DNA of 64,000 nt. Origin: an uncultured Phycisphaerales bacterium (lineage in GTDB: Bacteria; Planctomycetota; Phycisphaerae; Tepidisphaerales; Tepidisphaeraceae). The stretch covers positions 672,001 to 736,000 of the forward strand of contig CAWJPJ010000006.1 in NCBI GenBank assembly GCA_963844715.1, in the 5' to 3' direction. The notes below the pieces were generated by a model that searched no databases, was not told the DNA's origin, and saw only the letters and a program-made list of their open reading frames with translations. Positions 1 to 11,169 of this stretch are shown here, one piece after another (position 1 is the first letter of the stretch; every line of letters starts with the position of its first letter). A program made the translations under genes and the position numbers.

Positions 1-563
1 ATATTGCGGTCGTCCCGGAGATGCATCCGAGTTACCAGCATCTTTACTTTCCGCAGCATCCCGCCCGCAAATTGCACCGACACGCGTTTGCCCAGGTTTA
101 CGGACAGCAGATTCCGGCTCCCATCGACGGCGTTGTTCTCAACTCAGGAATTTTTGCCGCACGGCTCGACAGCCGGCTATGGGCGGCTTGGGCGGCGAGT
201 CTGGCCGAAGGATTGGAAATGGTCCGCAACGCGCTTCTGCCAGATGGCAGCCCCTTCTTTTCGGCGTGGCATCCAATCAACCACTTGATCGAGCAAAATG
301 CCTTGAATCACGTGTTCAGCCAGAGAGGGTTGAAACTTCACACGATGTCAGCGCTTTACAACTTTATCTGCGGGTTGTCGAAACCGCTGTTCGACGCGGA
401 CAGCCGGAAGCTGGTCGAACCGTCTGCCCCGTATGCTCCGATCCGAGTCATTCACCTTTCCCCCGATGGGAAACGAGCGACCACGGTATTGGATCGGCAC
501 GGCCACACGCATCGTCACGGCCTCCGCTGGTCCGACTGGCGGGAAATCGTTAGCGGACATTGA
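1..563 (+). CDS. Glycosyltransferase-like protein (GT-A/GT8-like), 5' partial
   Basis: VLNSGIFA, IEQNALN and YNFICG...PIRVIHL motifs resemble the C-half of GT-A proteins; similar to the gene at 61783-62658. Confidence 0.5.
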   Translation, partial: IAVVPEMHPSYQHLYFPQHPARKLHRHAFAQVYGQQIPAPIDGVVLNSGIFAARLDSRLWAAWAASLAEGLEMVRNALLPDGSPFFSAWHPINHLIEQNALNHVFSQRGLKLHTMSALYNFICGLSKPLFDADSRKLVEPSAPYAPIRVIHLSPDGKRATTVLDRHGHTHRHGLRWSDWREIVSGH

Positions 564-690
564 AGGCAACAACGGAATGAAACCGGGACGTGCGCGCTTC
601 ACATCCGGGGGGTTGGACGGAGTAGAATGCCCCACGGCGGCGCCGTGGGCGTTATTGAGATGGGCGAGGGATTCGTAGCACGCTCGCGAT

Positions 691-1680
691 TTATGGTTTG
701 CGGCGCATGAACTCGCGAATGAGATCGGCGATTTCGTCGGCGGCGGTATCCAGGGCGAAATGGCCGGCGTCCAGGATGTGCACCTCCGCCTTGGGGACGT
801 CGCGGCGGTAGGATTCGGGTTCGGACAAGTCGAACGATGGATCGTACTTTCCCCAGATCACAAGAAGCCGGGGCTGAGTCTTTTGCATCCAGGCTTGCCA
901 CTTGGGGTATGACTCGACGTTGGTGCGGTAGTCAAAGAAAAGATCGCTTTGGATGTCGGGTTCGCCGGGTTTGTTGAGGAAGGCGTATTCATCGGTCCAG
1001 AGATCGGGGTCGTATTTCTCGGGATTCGGGTCGCTGCCGACGTGCCGCGTGCGCGTGGTTTCGAAAGACAGAAGATTTTTCCGCAACGCCGCTTCGTTGG
1101 CGGCGCGGTCGGCCCAGAAGGCGCGGCGGGTTTTCCAGTTGGCGCCCAATCCCTCGTTGTGGGCGACGGCATTCTGCACAATCAACGCCTCGATGCGCTC
1201 TGGATGCGCAAGGGCCATGCGAAAACCAACGGGACCGCCGTAGTCCTGCATGTAGAGCGTATATTTGCTCAGGCCCAGCGCTTCGGTGAAGCGATCCATC
1301 TCGCGGGCAATGTTGTCGAATGTGTATTGATAGTCCTTGGCGGAGGGCGCATCACTGTGCCCGAAGCCCGGATAATCCGGCGCGATCATGTGATACTTGT
1401 CCGACAGCCGAGACAGCAGCGGTTCGAACATGCGCGACGAGGACGGCAGTCCGTGCAGCAGCAAAATAACGGGTGCGTCTTTCGGGCCCGCTTCGCGATA
1501 GAAGATATTCAGGCCATCCACCTTGATGGTGTGATACGTCGTACGTGTTTCCATCGTGGATTCCTTTGAATCAGCGAGAATATCGCCTGAAAGAATGAGC
1601 GTGGCGGCCACGCCGAGCCACGCTATTTGCCGCAATGAGATGCGATTCACGTGCTCGTGCGATTGTCCGCTCAACATCAT
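691..1680 (-). CDS. Alpha/beta fold hydrolase (epoxide hydrolase/haloalkane dehalogenase-like)
   Basis: LLHGLP, PDYPGFGHS, MQDYGG nucleophile elbow, GHFALD; ATGA overlap with the upstream AKR stop. Confidence 0.9.
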   Translation of the reverse strand: MMLSGQSHEHVNRISLRQIAWLGVAATLILSGDILADSKESTMETRTTYHTIKVDGLNIFYREAGPKDAPVILLLHGLPSSSRMFEPLLSRLSDKYHMIAPDYPGFGHSDAPSAKDYQYTFDNIAREMDRFTEALGLSKYTLYMQDYGGPVGFRMALAHPERIEALIVQNAVAHNEGLGANWKTRRAFWADRAANEAALRKNLLSFETTRTRHVGSDPNPEKYDPDLWTDEYAFLNKPGEPDIQSDLFFDYRTNVESYPKWQAWMQKTQPRLLVIWGKYDPSFDLSEPESYRRDVPKAEVHILDAGHFALDTAADEIADLIREFMRRKP

Positions 1681-2618
1681 TTTCCCCTGGGAATGAACCC
1701 GGGAACGCCGGTCTGGACCACGGCATTAAACCTGACCCGCGCGGTGACTCCATCGCTGATCTCGCGGATGGCGTCTTGCGGGAGGGCGGAAACTTGAAAG
1801 TTCTCCTGGATGCGGCTGGGATTTTTGGAGGTCGTCAGAGGAGCCGTCCCGCGCTGGATGGCCCAGGCGAGCAAGACTTGAGCGGGAGTCTTTTTGACTC
1901 GCTGGGAGATGGCGACGATGACGGGATCCTGCATCAAATTGGGATCGCTACTGTGGCCCAGGGCCGCGAAAGCCTGGAGGACGATGCCGTTGCTTTTGCA
2001 ATAGTTCAAAAGATCCCATTGCGGCAGATAAGGATGGGATTCGACGTGAACCACCGCGGGCTTAATCGTCGCGGATTTAACGATATCCTGCACCTGTTCC
2101 AGGCTGACGTCGGATAATCCGATGGCTTTACATTTGCCGTCTTTCACGAGGCCCTCCATCCCCCTCCACGTATCCTGCAAGGTCACCCCTTTGTCATAAA
2201 TCACATTGCCGTTGGCATCTCTCGGATCTTGGTTGTCTCCGGGTTGGAAAGCGAAGGGGGTGTGGATGAGATAGAGATCGGCGAAATCGAGTTGAAGTCT
2301 CTGAAGACTGGCCTCGCAGGCGGGTTTGACGCGTTCGGGGCGATGATTTGTGTTCCACAGCTTTGTGATGACAAAAACGTCTTCGCGCTTGATCTTCCCG
2401 GCCTTGAAGACCTCCTGCATCGCTTCGCCGACTTCTGTTTCGGTGTGGTAACGTTCGGCGGTGTCGAGCAGGCGAAATCCTGTTTCCAGCGCCGCCTTGG
2501 TGGCGGCTCTGGTTGCCACGGGGTCGGGGATGAGTGTGCCAAAGCCGAGCGCCGGCATGGCGCTGGAGCCATTGTTGAGGGGTATTTTCGTATATCGGAG
2601 GTCGTCGGGATTCACCAT
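1677..2618 (-). CDS. Aldo/keto reductase
   Basis: LGFGT, LDTAERY, TKLW, DLYLIH, IGLS motifs; ATG at 2618 preceded by an AGGAGT RBS. Confidence 0.92.
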   Translation of the reverse strand: MVNPDDLRYTKIPLNNGSSAMPALGFGTLIPDPVATRAATKAALETGFRLLDTAERYHTETEVGEAMQEVFKAGKIKREDVFVITKLWNTNHRPERVKPACEASLQRLQLDFADLYLIHTPFAFQPGDNQDPRDANGNVIYDKGVTLQDTWRGMEGLVKDGKCKAIGLSDVSLEQVQDIVKSATIKPAVVHVESHPYLPQWDLLNYCKSNGIVLQAFAALGHSSDPNLMQDPVIVAISQRVKKTPAQVLLAWAIQRGTAPLTTSKNPSRIQENFQVSALPQDAIREISDGVTARVRFNAVVQTGVPGFIPRGK

Positions 2619-2746
2619 TTTTTTACTCCTTGAATGTCTTCGGGCTCTATTGTGAATCAATCCGATTTAACTTCCCAGATCACTTCCAACTCGACTGGGG
2701 AGCCGAAAGGGTTGCGGCGTCGCTCATCATTACAACCTCATGCGGC

Positions 2747-3475
2747 TTACCAGCACCCCATGTGAGCGCCGCCGTCAACATAAAGGATGTGACCCGTGAT
2801 CGATTCGGAGTCGGTCAGATACATTACCGCGTCGGCGATTTCCTTGGCCGATGATGGGCGGCCCATGGGAGATCGGCGCTCCATCTCCTCGTCCGGCGTA
2901 TTGCCTTGCATGGGGGTATCGACGACGCCGGGGGCGACGGCGTTCACGCGAATGCCATCCTTGGCGTATTCCATCGCCAGTTGCTGCGTGACGGTGGCGA
3001 GGCCGCCTTTGGTGATCATGGGGACTGAGGCGGTCGTGCCGCGGATGGGGTTGCGAACCAGAGCGGCGGTGATCGTCACGATGCTGCCGCCGGATTGGCT
3101 CGCCAGCATTTGCTTGATGGCCAGTTGGGTGATGTAGAGAAATCCCTCGACGTTGGTTGAAACCAGCGATCTGAGATCCTCAGCCGTGTAATCGACGAAG
3201 GGCTTGCTGAAGATGATCCCGGCGTTGTTGACGAGCACATCGATGGACCCGAAGCGATCGAGGGCCGTTTGGGCGATTTTGGCGGCGGTTTCGGGAAGCC
3301 CGATGTCGCCATCGACGAGGGCGACTTGCTGGGAAGCCGTGACTTCCATGGATTGGCTGATCTTCCGGGAATTGGCGACGACGTTATAGCCGCGTTCCAC
3401 GAATGCGTTGACGACCGCCGCGCCGATTCCCTGCGAGGCGCCGGTGACGAGGGCTGTTTTGTTTGAATTGCTCAC
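2747..3475 (-). CDS. Short-chain dehydrogenase/reductase
   Basis: TGASQGIG, LVNNAG, IRVNAVAPG, VDGG; GTG start inferred. Confidence 0.92.
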   Translation of the reverse strand: MSNSNKTALVTGASQGIGAAVVNAFVERGYNVVANSRKISQSMEVTASQQVALVDGDIGLPETAAKIAQTALDRFGSIDVLVNNAGIIFSKPFVDYTAEDLRSLVSTNVEGFLYITQLAIKQMLASQSGGSIVTITAALVRNPIRGTTASVPMITKGGLATVTQQLAMEYAKDGIRVNAVAPGVVDTPMQGNTPDEEMERRSPMGRPSSAKEIADAVMYLTDSESITGHILYVDGGAHMGCW

Positions 3476-3618
3476 GTTGGCTGGTGCTCGCTGAAAAAGA
3501 ATAACTGTTCGCGCGGGATTACAATATACAGGATCGGGAAGTGAGTCAGCGCGAGAAAATCGCATTTAGCGGAAAGAAGATCTTTACAAAACTTTACAAT
3601 TTGGCGATCGGCCGGTGC

Positions 3619-6600
3619 CTACGACGTGGGCGAGGAGGCTGAGCGTTTTTCCCAAGCGGATTTGAGGAGATTTTTTAGAGCCATGAGAACGGTTTCGGGA
3701 GTCATAAAGCTCGGGGGCATGCGCAGATAGACGGTTTTTTCGTCGATGACGCTGAGGCGCCCGGCGCGCCGGTTAAGCCGGCCTGGGCGAGCTTGGCGTC
3801 GGCGACCGTGAAAATAATGTCCGGGTCCTTCTTGATGATGCTCTCGATACCGAAGAGACCGGCGAGCAGGCGCAGCTCGGTCATGGCCAGGAGCAAAATC
3901 GCTTGGCGGGGGGGATCGCCGAAGGCGTCGGAGAGGTCGTGCTCGATGGTGTGGAGCATTTCCAGGGAGTCGCAGCGGGCCAGACGACGGTAGGCATCCA
4001 TGCGCTGACGATCGGCGGTGATCCATTCGCGCGGAATCAGGGCGGAGACGCCGATGTCGACGTGGGCTTCGGGCCGGGAGGGTTTGGGTTCGTTCTTGAG
4101 CTGGCGGGTGGCGTCCTCGAGAAGGTTGCAATACATCTCGTAACCGACGGCGGCGATGTGGCCGCTTTGTTCGGGGCCGAGGATGTTGCCGGCGCCGCGG
4201 ATTTCCAGGTCGCGCATGGCGATCTTGAAGCCGGCGCCGAGATGGCTGTATTCCTCGATAGCCTTGAGGCGTTTGCCGGCGATGGGCGTGACCGGGCGAT
4301 CGGCCGGCAATAATAGATAGCAATAGGCGCGATTTTTGTAGCGGCCTACGCGGCCGCGGAGCTGGTGCAATTCGCTGAGGCCGAAGCGATCGGCGTTGTT
4401 GATGAAAATCGTGTTGGCGTTGGGGATATCCAGGCCGCTTTCGATGATGGTGGTGCAGACGAGAATGTCCGCCTCGTGGCGGATGAATTTGAGCATGACG
4501 TCTTCGAGTTCGCCTTCCTCCATCTGGCCGTGGCCGATAAGAATGCGGGCGTCGGGGGCAAGTTTTAGAATTTCATCCGCCACTTCGGCGATGTTGTAGA
4601 CGCGGTTATGGACGAAGTAGACCTGACCCTCGCGGTTGAGCTCGCGCAAAATCGCCTGGCGGATGCGCTGTTTGTCGTAGGCGATCACTTCCGTGACGAT
4701 GCTCCGGCGATCCTGGGGGGCGGTGGCCAGCGAACTGATGTCGCGCAGGCCGAGCATGCTCATGTGAAGGGTTCGGGGGATGGGCGTGGCGGACATGGTT
4801 AAGACGTCCACAGTGCGGCGCATCTGCTTGAGGCGTTCCTTGTGGGTGACGCCGAAGCGCTGCTCTTCGTCGACGACGACGAGGCCGAGGTCGGCGAATT
4901 TGACATCGCCGCTGAGAAGTCGATGCGTGCCGATGAGGATGTCGATCTCGCCGGCGGCGACGCGGCGCAGGATGGCTTTTTGCTCCTTGGGGGTTTTGAA
5001 TCGGCTGATCGATTCGATGTGAAACGGATAATTGACCATGCGCTCGTGGAAGGTGCGATCGTGCTGCTCGGCCAATACGGTTGTGGGGACAAGCACAGCG
5101 GCTTGCTTTCCGAATTCCACGGCTTTGAAAATGGCGCGCATGGCGAGTTCGGTTTTTCCGTAGCCGACGTCGCCACAGAGAAGGCGGTCCATCGGCTGCT
5201 GGCGCTGCATATCCTGCTTGATCTCCTCGGCGCCGGTGATTTGATCGGGCGTGGGTTCGTAGGGGAACTCGGCCTCGAATTCCTGTTGCCAGGCGGTGTC
5301 GGGGGGATAGGCGAGGCCGGGTTCGGCGGCTCGCGCGGCTTGAATCTCCAGCAATTCGGCGGCCATGTCCATCACGGCTTCGGAAACTTTCGCCTTTTGC
5401 TTTTCCCACGACCCGCTGCCGAGGCGGGAGAGTTGGGGATGGCCTTTGAATCCGCCGGCATATTTCTGGATGAGGTTGATTCGATTCGCCGGAACGTGGA
5501 GGACGGCGTTGTCCGCGAAGCGCAGGGTGAGGTATTCTTCGCTGCGGCCGTCCTTAATCATCGTGTGCATGCCGGTGAATTTGGCGATCCCGTGGGCGAC
5601 GTGGACAACGTAATCGCCTTCCTTCAAATCGAGGAAGGAATCAATGGGGCGCGAGGCGACAACCTTGGCGACGCGGCGCCGCTTGCTCGTAACGATGGAA
5701 CAGTTCGTGATGGCCGAGCAGAGCCAGCGGCTTTTCCCCGGCCCCCACTTCTTCCCAGACGAAACCGCGGTGGAGATAGCCGATGGGGAGCTCGATCTTT
5801 TCGGATAGTCCCGGGGCTTTTTGTTCGAGCAATTCGGAGAATCGCTGGCGCTCGCCTTCGTTTTCGCAGAAGACGGCGGTTTGATGCGTCTGGGCAAGTT
5901 CGTCGAGTTCCCCAATCGCCTTGGCGGCCTCGGTCTCGAATCTTTGCAGGGAGCCGACGGGCAGACGCACGTGACCGCCTTGCCCGGAAAGAAAGGTGGT
6001 ACCCCCCTGCTCGAATTGGCTCATCTCGACACGGGTGAATCTCTCGGCATGCCGAAGGACGGCGCTGAGTGGATAAATTCCGCGCTCGTCCTGCAAGCGG
6101 TCGAGATAACTTTTGGCCTGCTCGGCGATCTCGAGGGCGCCCAGAGGGCGACGATCGAATTTTCGCGCAGGTATTGGAGGAAGCTCGCGGACTCGCCGGC
6201 CTCCGGCAATGCGCCGCGGATGTCCATCACCACGATGGAATCCAGTTTTTCACTGGAGCCGAGGGATTCGGGATCGAACCCGCGGATGGATTCGATCTGG
6301 TCGCCCAAGAAGTCGACGCGGACGGGCAGGCCCATGCGGGTTCCGGCGGATTCGAACAAGCCGGGGATATAGATATCGACGATGCCGCCCCGGACGGCGA
6401 AATCGCCAGGGACTTCAACCTGGTCGAGGCGGTTGTAACCATGCTCGGAGAGCCAGACGATCAGTTTTTCGATCTCAAGGGACTGACCCGCGCGCAGGGT
6501 TTGGATGAGGTAGTCGAGCTGCTTGCGCGACGGGACGGATTGCATGAGGGATTGGATCGAGGCGACCAGGACGCCGGAGACCTCGGGATCGGTTCCGGCG

Positions 6601-6949
6601 GCGTAACGCGCGACCAACCGCATGCGATTGGAGACCTGTTCCTCGCTGGCGCGGCCGAGGGTCCCCGCTAATTCGAGCGCGGGCAAAACCTGGGGGCGGG
6701 TTCGGGAAAAGAGTTCCACATCGTCGGCGAGGTCGTCCGCTTCATCGACGTGGCCGCAAACGAGGAGAATGGGTCGGTCAAGCTGCTTCCGCAAGACCGC
6801 CAAAACAGCGGCGACACTGCTGCCCCAGAGTCCGGAGACGCTGATGGCGGAGGATTGGCGCAGTTTTTCCGCCAAATCGAGCAGCGGGCGGCGCAGCAAC
6901 AACCCGCCCGACCGCATCGGGTGGTGAGGTACTCATCTCGTGCGAACAT
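3619..6949 (-). CDS. mfd: Transcription-repair coupling factor (split over several frames by probable sequencing indels)
   Basis: UvrB-like N-terminus (FAVRGGIVDI), GDYVVHVAHGI, CGDVGYGKTE, VDEEQRFG, HQLRGRVGR, DLEIRGAGNILG across ORFs 6021-6917, 5641-6096, 3702-5915 and 3619-4323. Confidence 0.95.
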
Positions 6950-6989
6950 GGTAGCGCGATGCGAGCGGCGCGTAAAGGCCGGGCCCCGA

Positions 6990-8420
6990 TTAAAGAAGTG
7001 GAGAGAGAAGCGAGACGGCAGTGTCGGCGTATTGTGTCCATCTGGGGCGCTGGTCCCAGATGGCTTTTTCGACTTTGTCGGATTGGGCGAGGAACCCGCG
7101 CTGAATCTGGCGGACGGATTCGGTGACGGTCGGGCCATACAAGATCAGGTTCAATTCGAAATTGAGATTGAAACTGCGGACATCGAGATTCGCGGAGCCG
7201 AAGATGGCGAAGGCATTATCAACCGTCATGGTTTTGGCATGAAGGAGCCCGGGATTGAAGAGATGGATATCGATTCCCGAGGCGAGGAGATCGGCGAAAT
7301 GGGCTCGACCGGCCAGGGCGGTCGCGACCTGATCGCCCCGCCGGGGCAGCATGAGGGTGACTTTGACCCCGCGGTCGGCGGCCATGAGGAGGGAGAGCAT
7401 GGTGGTTTCGTCGGGGACGAAATAGGGCGTCGTCATCATTAATTGTTCTCGCGAGCACTGAATTGCCGCCAGCGCGAGACGGCGATAGGTGGCCTCGGGG
7501 CCGAGGGGACCGGTGGGGACAGCCTGCATGGCGACGTCTCCGGCGCTCGCCTGGGCGTCGTCGGGCGGGAGGGGGACTTCCTGGCCGGTTTCGAAATACC
7601 AGTCCTCGGCGAAGATGGTCGCCAGATCGGTCACGATGGGGCCGCGGAATGTGCCGGTTGCGTCGAACCACGGATTTCCGCGGCGGCCGCCATAATGCTC
7701 GTCGATGAGATTGTGACTCCCCATGAGGGCGACCTTGTTGTCGATGATGGCGAGCTTGCGGTGATTGCGCAAATCCATGCGAGCGAAACGGCGGCGAACG
7801 AGGGCGACGGGGAGCGCGGCGGCGACCTGAACTCCGCCGGATTTGAGGGCCCGGGCAAGCCCGCCGCGGCCGAAGAACGTGCGCGAGGCAACGGCATCGG
7901 CGAGGACGCGGCAATGTACTCCGCGGCGAACCGCCGCCACGAGCGCGTCGGAAACGCGCTGGGAGGGATCGTCGTTGGCGAAAATGTAATAGAGAAGATG
8001 AGCCGATTCCTTCGCGCCTTCGATCTGGGCGATCAAATCTTCGACGAACTTGGGGGACGCGGTTTGGAAAGTAACCTGATTGCCACCGGCGACGGGGAAG
8101 CCGGCGATGGACTCCGCCTGGCGGACGATGGGGCGCACGGATTCGGGAAGATCGAGAGTCGATTGATTCTGTGGGCGCTGGCGATGACGGGCGGGATCGC
8201 GAAAGCGATTGGAGACGCGAATGTGGCGCTCGGCACGGCGCGGACCGAGGCGGCTTTCGCCGACCAGAAGGTACAGCGTACCGCCGATATAGGGATGCAG
8301 GAAGACGATCATGAGCCAGGCGAGAGAGGCGCCCGGCGCAAGTTGCCGCCGAAGAACGATGGGGACCATCCCCGCCCGGATGCACCACCCAATCGCGAGG
8401 TAGCAGATGAACCAGGACAT
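6990..8420 (-). CDS. cls: Cardiolipin synthase (phospholipase D family)
   Basis: Two N-terminal TM segments; two HKD motifs (NHRKLAIID, LHAKTMTVD); GSANLDVRSF. Confidence 0.92.
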   Translation of the reverse strand: MSWFICYLAIGWCIRAGMVPIVLRRQLAPGASLAWLMIVFLHPYIGGTLYLLVGESRLGPRRAERHIRVSNRFRDPARHRQRPQNQSTLDLPESVRPIVRQAESIAGFPVAGGNQVTFQTASPKFVEDLIAQIEGAKESAHLLYYIFANDDPSQRVSDALVAAVRRGVHCRVLADAVASRTFFGRGGLARALKSGGVQVAAALPVALVRRRFARMDLRNHRKLAIIDNKVALMGSHNLIDEHYGGRRGNPWFDATGTFRGPIVTDLATIFAEDWYFETGQEVPLPPDDAQASAGDVAMQAVPTGPLGPEATYRRLALAAIQCSREQLMMTTPYFVPDETTMLSLLMAADRGVKVTLMLPRRGDQVATALAGRAHFADLLASGIDIHLFNPGLLHAKTMTVDNAFAIFGSANLDVRSFNLNFELNLILYGPTVTESVRQIQRGFLAQSDKVEKAIWDQRPRWTQYADTAVSLLSPLL

Positions 8421-8435
8421 GCGGTAGCGGAGACG

Positions 8436-11126
8436 TTACCCGCCCTTGTCGCCGGAGAAAAGATCGCCCTCCGGAATGAGCTTCACGGGTCCGAGCAGGC
8501 CGGCATCGCGCAAGGGCCAATGCGAGGCGTCCAGCGGCCGATTGTGGATGCTCATCACATTGGCGTCGTGGAAGATTTTCCACGGAATGCCGAGGCGATC
8601 CATCGAGCGGATGCGATTGGCCGCGACGTTGGTGACATAAATATCGAGGATATTTTTCCCGGGCTTCAAGTAGGGGCCGACGTCGGCCGTGAAGGGTGGG
8701 GAGATCAGTGTTGAGACGGATTGGCCGTTCACCTGGACTTCGGCGCTGTCGCGAACGTCGCCTAAATCGAGGACCCAATGCGGGGCCCAGATGCTGGGTA
8801 GATCGACTTCGATTTCATATCGCGCGGTGCCGGCGAAACGCTGCCTGGCCGCTTCGTTGCCATTTGTCCAGGAGGCGAGATGATCCATTTCGAAACCGGC
8901 GGGCAGATCGGGGCCGCCCTCCACGAAATCTACTTTCCATTTCCCTTCAATGAGGATGGCCGCCCCGGCGGTTCGTTCGTAGGGCCAGGGGCGGGCCTCG
9001 ACTTGTTCAGCGGCGAACGTGCGAACGATGCGGGATTCATTCTCCTTGAGTTGCAAATAGATTTGCGTGCGTCCGAGATTGTCCGTGCGCATCTGCGCCA
9101 CGCCGGAGTGATCGGGATTCATGGGATCGAGAAGGACGGCCGACTGCGCGGGCTTGGCGAGAGTGATCCAACCTGAATAGTCGCCCCCGGACCAATTGAC
9201 CAGGAAATAATTCTCGCCCTTTTCCCAGGTCCGTCGGATAAAGCGAATGCCGAAATCGGTCATTGTCTCCCGCTGCGTTCCGTGTTCGGTAAGCTCGTCG
9301 GTGATTTTCTGCGGCGATGATTCCTCCACCACTGTGACGCCCATGCGGCGAAGAAATGCGAGCTGAGTGCAGGTGCTCACGGGCATGTAACGGCACGGGG
9401 GGATGACGATCGCCGTGTAAACGTGACCGCCCAGAATGACGCCATGCGGCGACGGCTGGGCGTTTCGGAGCATCGCGTCAGAGACCTCGTCGAAGCCAAA
9501 GCCTCGCTGCCAGAGGAGCCACGCCACGCCGTGGACGGGCATTTCGCGCATCCAATCGCCGTCGATCTTCAGGGGCATGAGCATTCCTCTTGGCGAATGC
9601 CATAGATCGTAAATCGGCAGATACAACAGCACGTCGTTGTCTTGCGATCCGGATTGGAGGACGGACTGGCAGCGTGTGATGTAGTCGCAGAATTTGGGCA
9701 GATCGCGCCACAAGCCGCCCGTTGGGCTGAAATCGGTGGAGGCGTAGAAGACCCAGCCGGGCCAGGGGGCATCCTTGGGTGAATAGGGAATTCCGTGTAA
9801 GACGATGTGATTGACGCCGGCCAGAAAAAAGAAATCGGCCTCGCGTTTGGCCTTGGCGAGGGTGGCGTTGAACTGCTCGTCGAGCCAGGTGAAGGATTCG
9901 GCGGATGCGAGATTTTTGCCCGTGCAATGCGCGGCCGACGAGGCGCACTTGTCAACGGCAATATTCGTCTCGTCGAAATTTTCAAAGCACTCGGTCTCCG
10001 GAATATCGGCGGCGGCGTAGAGATCGAGAATGTTCGCGGGGGCGCCGTGGGCCTGCTCGCGCGAAAGCATGCCGTGCTGGTGGCACCACTGGGTCCAATC
10101 TTGGATGAATTCCAGGTGCAGCTCGGCCATGGTTTGGCAATAATCGCACTTGGCTTGGCCGATTTGGTCGGGAGTGCCGTCGCCCATCAGGGCGGGAAGC
10201 GCGCGGGTCAGGTCGTAATGGCGGCGGCCTTTGAATTCCTTGAAGAAATTGGACGTCCAGTCGCCGGCATATTCGTAGGAATCGTGAAACTGAGCGCGCG
10301 GCAGGAGGCCGTGATAATCCGCGAAGGCTCTGTCGAACTTTGCCAGGTAGTGATCCAGGGCGGTAGTGGAAAACGGATCGACGACCCATCCTTCGCCCCC
10401 GGGAGCGGCTCGCTTTACCTTTTGGAGAGGGCCGACGAGGGAGACGACGCAGACTCGCCACTTGCCGGACGGGGCGAGCCAATCGATTTTGCCGTTCTTG
10501 ACCCTCCAAAGGATATCGAAAATTTCGCGATCGTCGGAAAGAGCGACGACGCACTGGAGGCGATCCGTGGGGAGTTTCGCCTTCCAATGCGATCCGCCTT
10601 TGACGTGAAATTCCTGGAGTTTGGCTTTCGCCGAGGCGTCGTCTTTGGTGATCCATGGTCCGCCCATGGGCCAGCCGGTGCCGGTGGTCATGTCGACGCC
10701 CATGTCGAGGCTTTTTGCGTCGGCCGTGGTCACGTTTAGCATTTCCATCCAGGTGGGGGATAGAAAGGGGATGTAGCGGTCTTCGTAACCGCGGGCGCCG
10801 TAGATGGGGCAAATTTCTACGCCGCCGATACCGGCTTGGTGATATTGGGTTAGCAGATTGCCTAAATTGTCTCGGTCGACTGCGCTGCCCATCCACCACC
10901 AACGTGTCCAGGGGCGGCTGACTTGCGTTTCCTTCGGCCACGCGAGGGGATTGGCGGCACATCCCGCCAGGATCGCCAGGAGCAGGAAAGCCGAGACGGT
11001 CGGGATGAATCTTAAGGATCGCGTTAAGGCATTATGCCGTAAAATGAGGTGGCGAAACACGGGGCGAGGCGGGGTCAATTTTGGTTGCAACGGGGGTGAA
11101 ACTTGGGAGAATCCCGCGCCAGGCAT
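8436..11126 (-). CDS. Glycoside hydrolase family 106-like (alpha-L-rhamnosidase-type) lipoprotein; start uncertain
   Basis: LAILAGC lipobox, RPWTRWWWMG, GIGGVEICPIYG, DSYE, SAESFTW, C-terminal LDLGDV...GLLGPV domain. Confidence 0.8.
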   Translation of the reverse strand: MPGAGFSQVSPPLQPKLTPPRPVFRHLILRHNALTRSLRFIPTVSAFLLLAILAGCAANPLAWPKETQVSRPWTRWWWMGSAVDRDNLGNLLTQYHQAGIGGVEICPIYGARGYEDRYIPFLSPTWMEMLNVTTADAKSLDMGVDMTTGTGWPMGGPWITKDDASAKAKLQEFHVKGGSHWKAKLPTDRLQCVVALSDDREIFDILWRVKNGKIDWLAPSGKWRVCVVSLVGPLQKVKRAAPGGEGWVVDPFSTTALDHYLAKFDRAFADYHGLLPRAQFHDSYEYAGDWTSNFFKEFKGRRHYDLTRALPALMGDGTPDQIGQAKCDYCQTMAELHLEFIQDWTQWCHQHGMLSREQAHGAPANILDLYAAADIPETECFENFDETNIAVDKCASSAAHCTGKNLASAESFTWLDEQFNATLAKAKREADFFFLAGVNHIVLHGIPYSPKDAPWPGWVFYASTDFSPTGGLWRDLPKFCDYITRCQSVLQSGSQDNDVLLYLPIYDLWHSPRGMLMPLKIDGDWMREMPVHGVAWLLWQRGFGFDEVSDAMLRNAQPSPHGVILGGHVYTAIVIPPCRYMPVSTCTQLAFLRRMGVTVVEESSPQKITDELTEHGTQRETMTDFGIRFIRRTWEKGENYFLVNWSGGDYSGWITLAKPAQSAVLLDPMNPDHSGVAQMRTDNLGRTQIYLQLKENESRIVRTFAAEQVEARPWPYERTAGAAILIEGKWKVDFVEGGPDLPAGFEMDHLASWTNGNEAARQRFAGTARYEIEVDLPSIWAPHWVLDLGDVRDSAEVQVNGQSVSTLISPPFTADVGPYLKPGKNILDIYVTNVAANRIRSMDRLGIPWKIFHDANVMSIHNRPLDASHWPLRDAGLLGPVKLIPEGDLFSGDKGG

Positions 11127-11169
11127 TACTTTGTTGGAAGAATGGCGAATTTGTGCATTGGAGGGGAAA

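Noticed and set aside
3619..6949. mfd, bamA and many other genes appearing as pseudogenes or programmed frameshifts
   Set aside because: Single-base shifts are scattered through essential genes, often in G/C runs, which fits long-read indel error
7219..8778. Long alternative-frame and antisense ORFs (e.g. 519 aa here, 7443-8714, 36964-38406)
   Set aside because: Arg/Pro-rich shadows of real genes, expected in high-GC DNA
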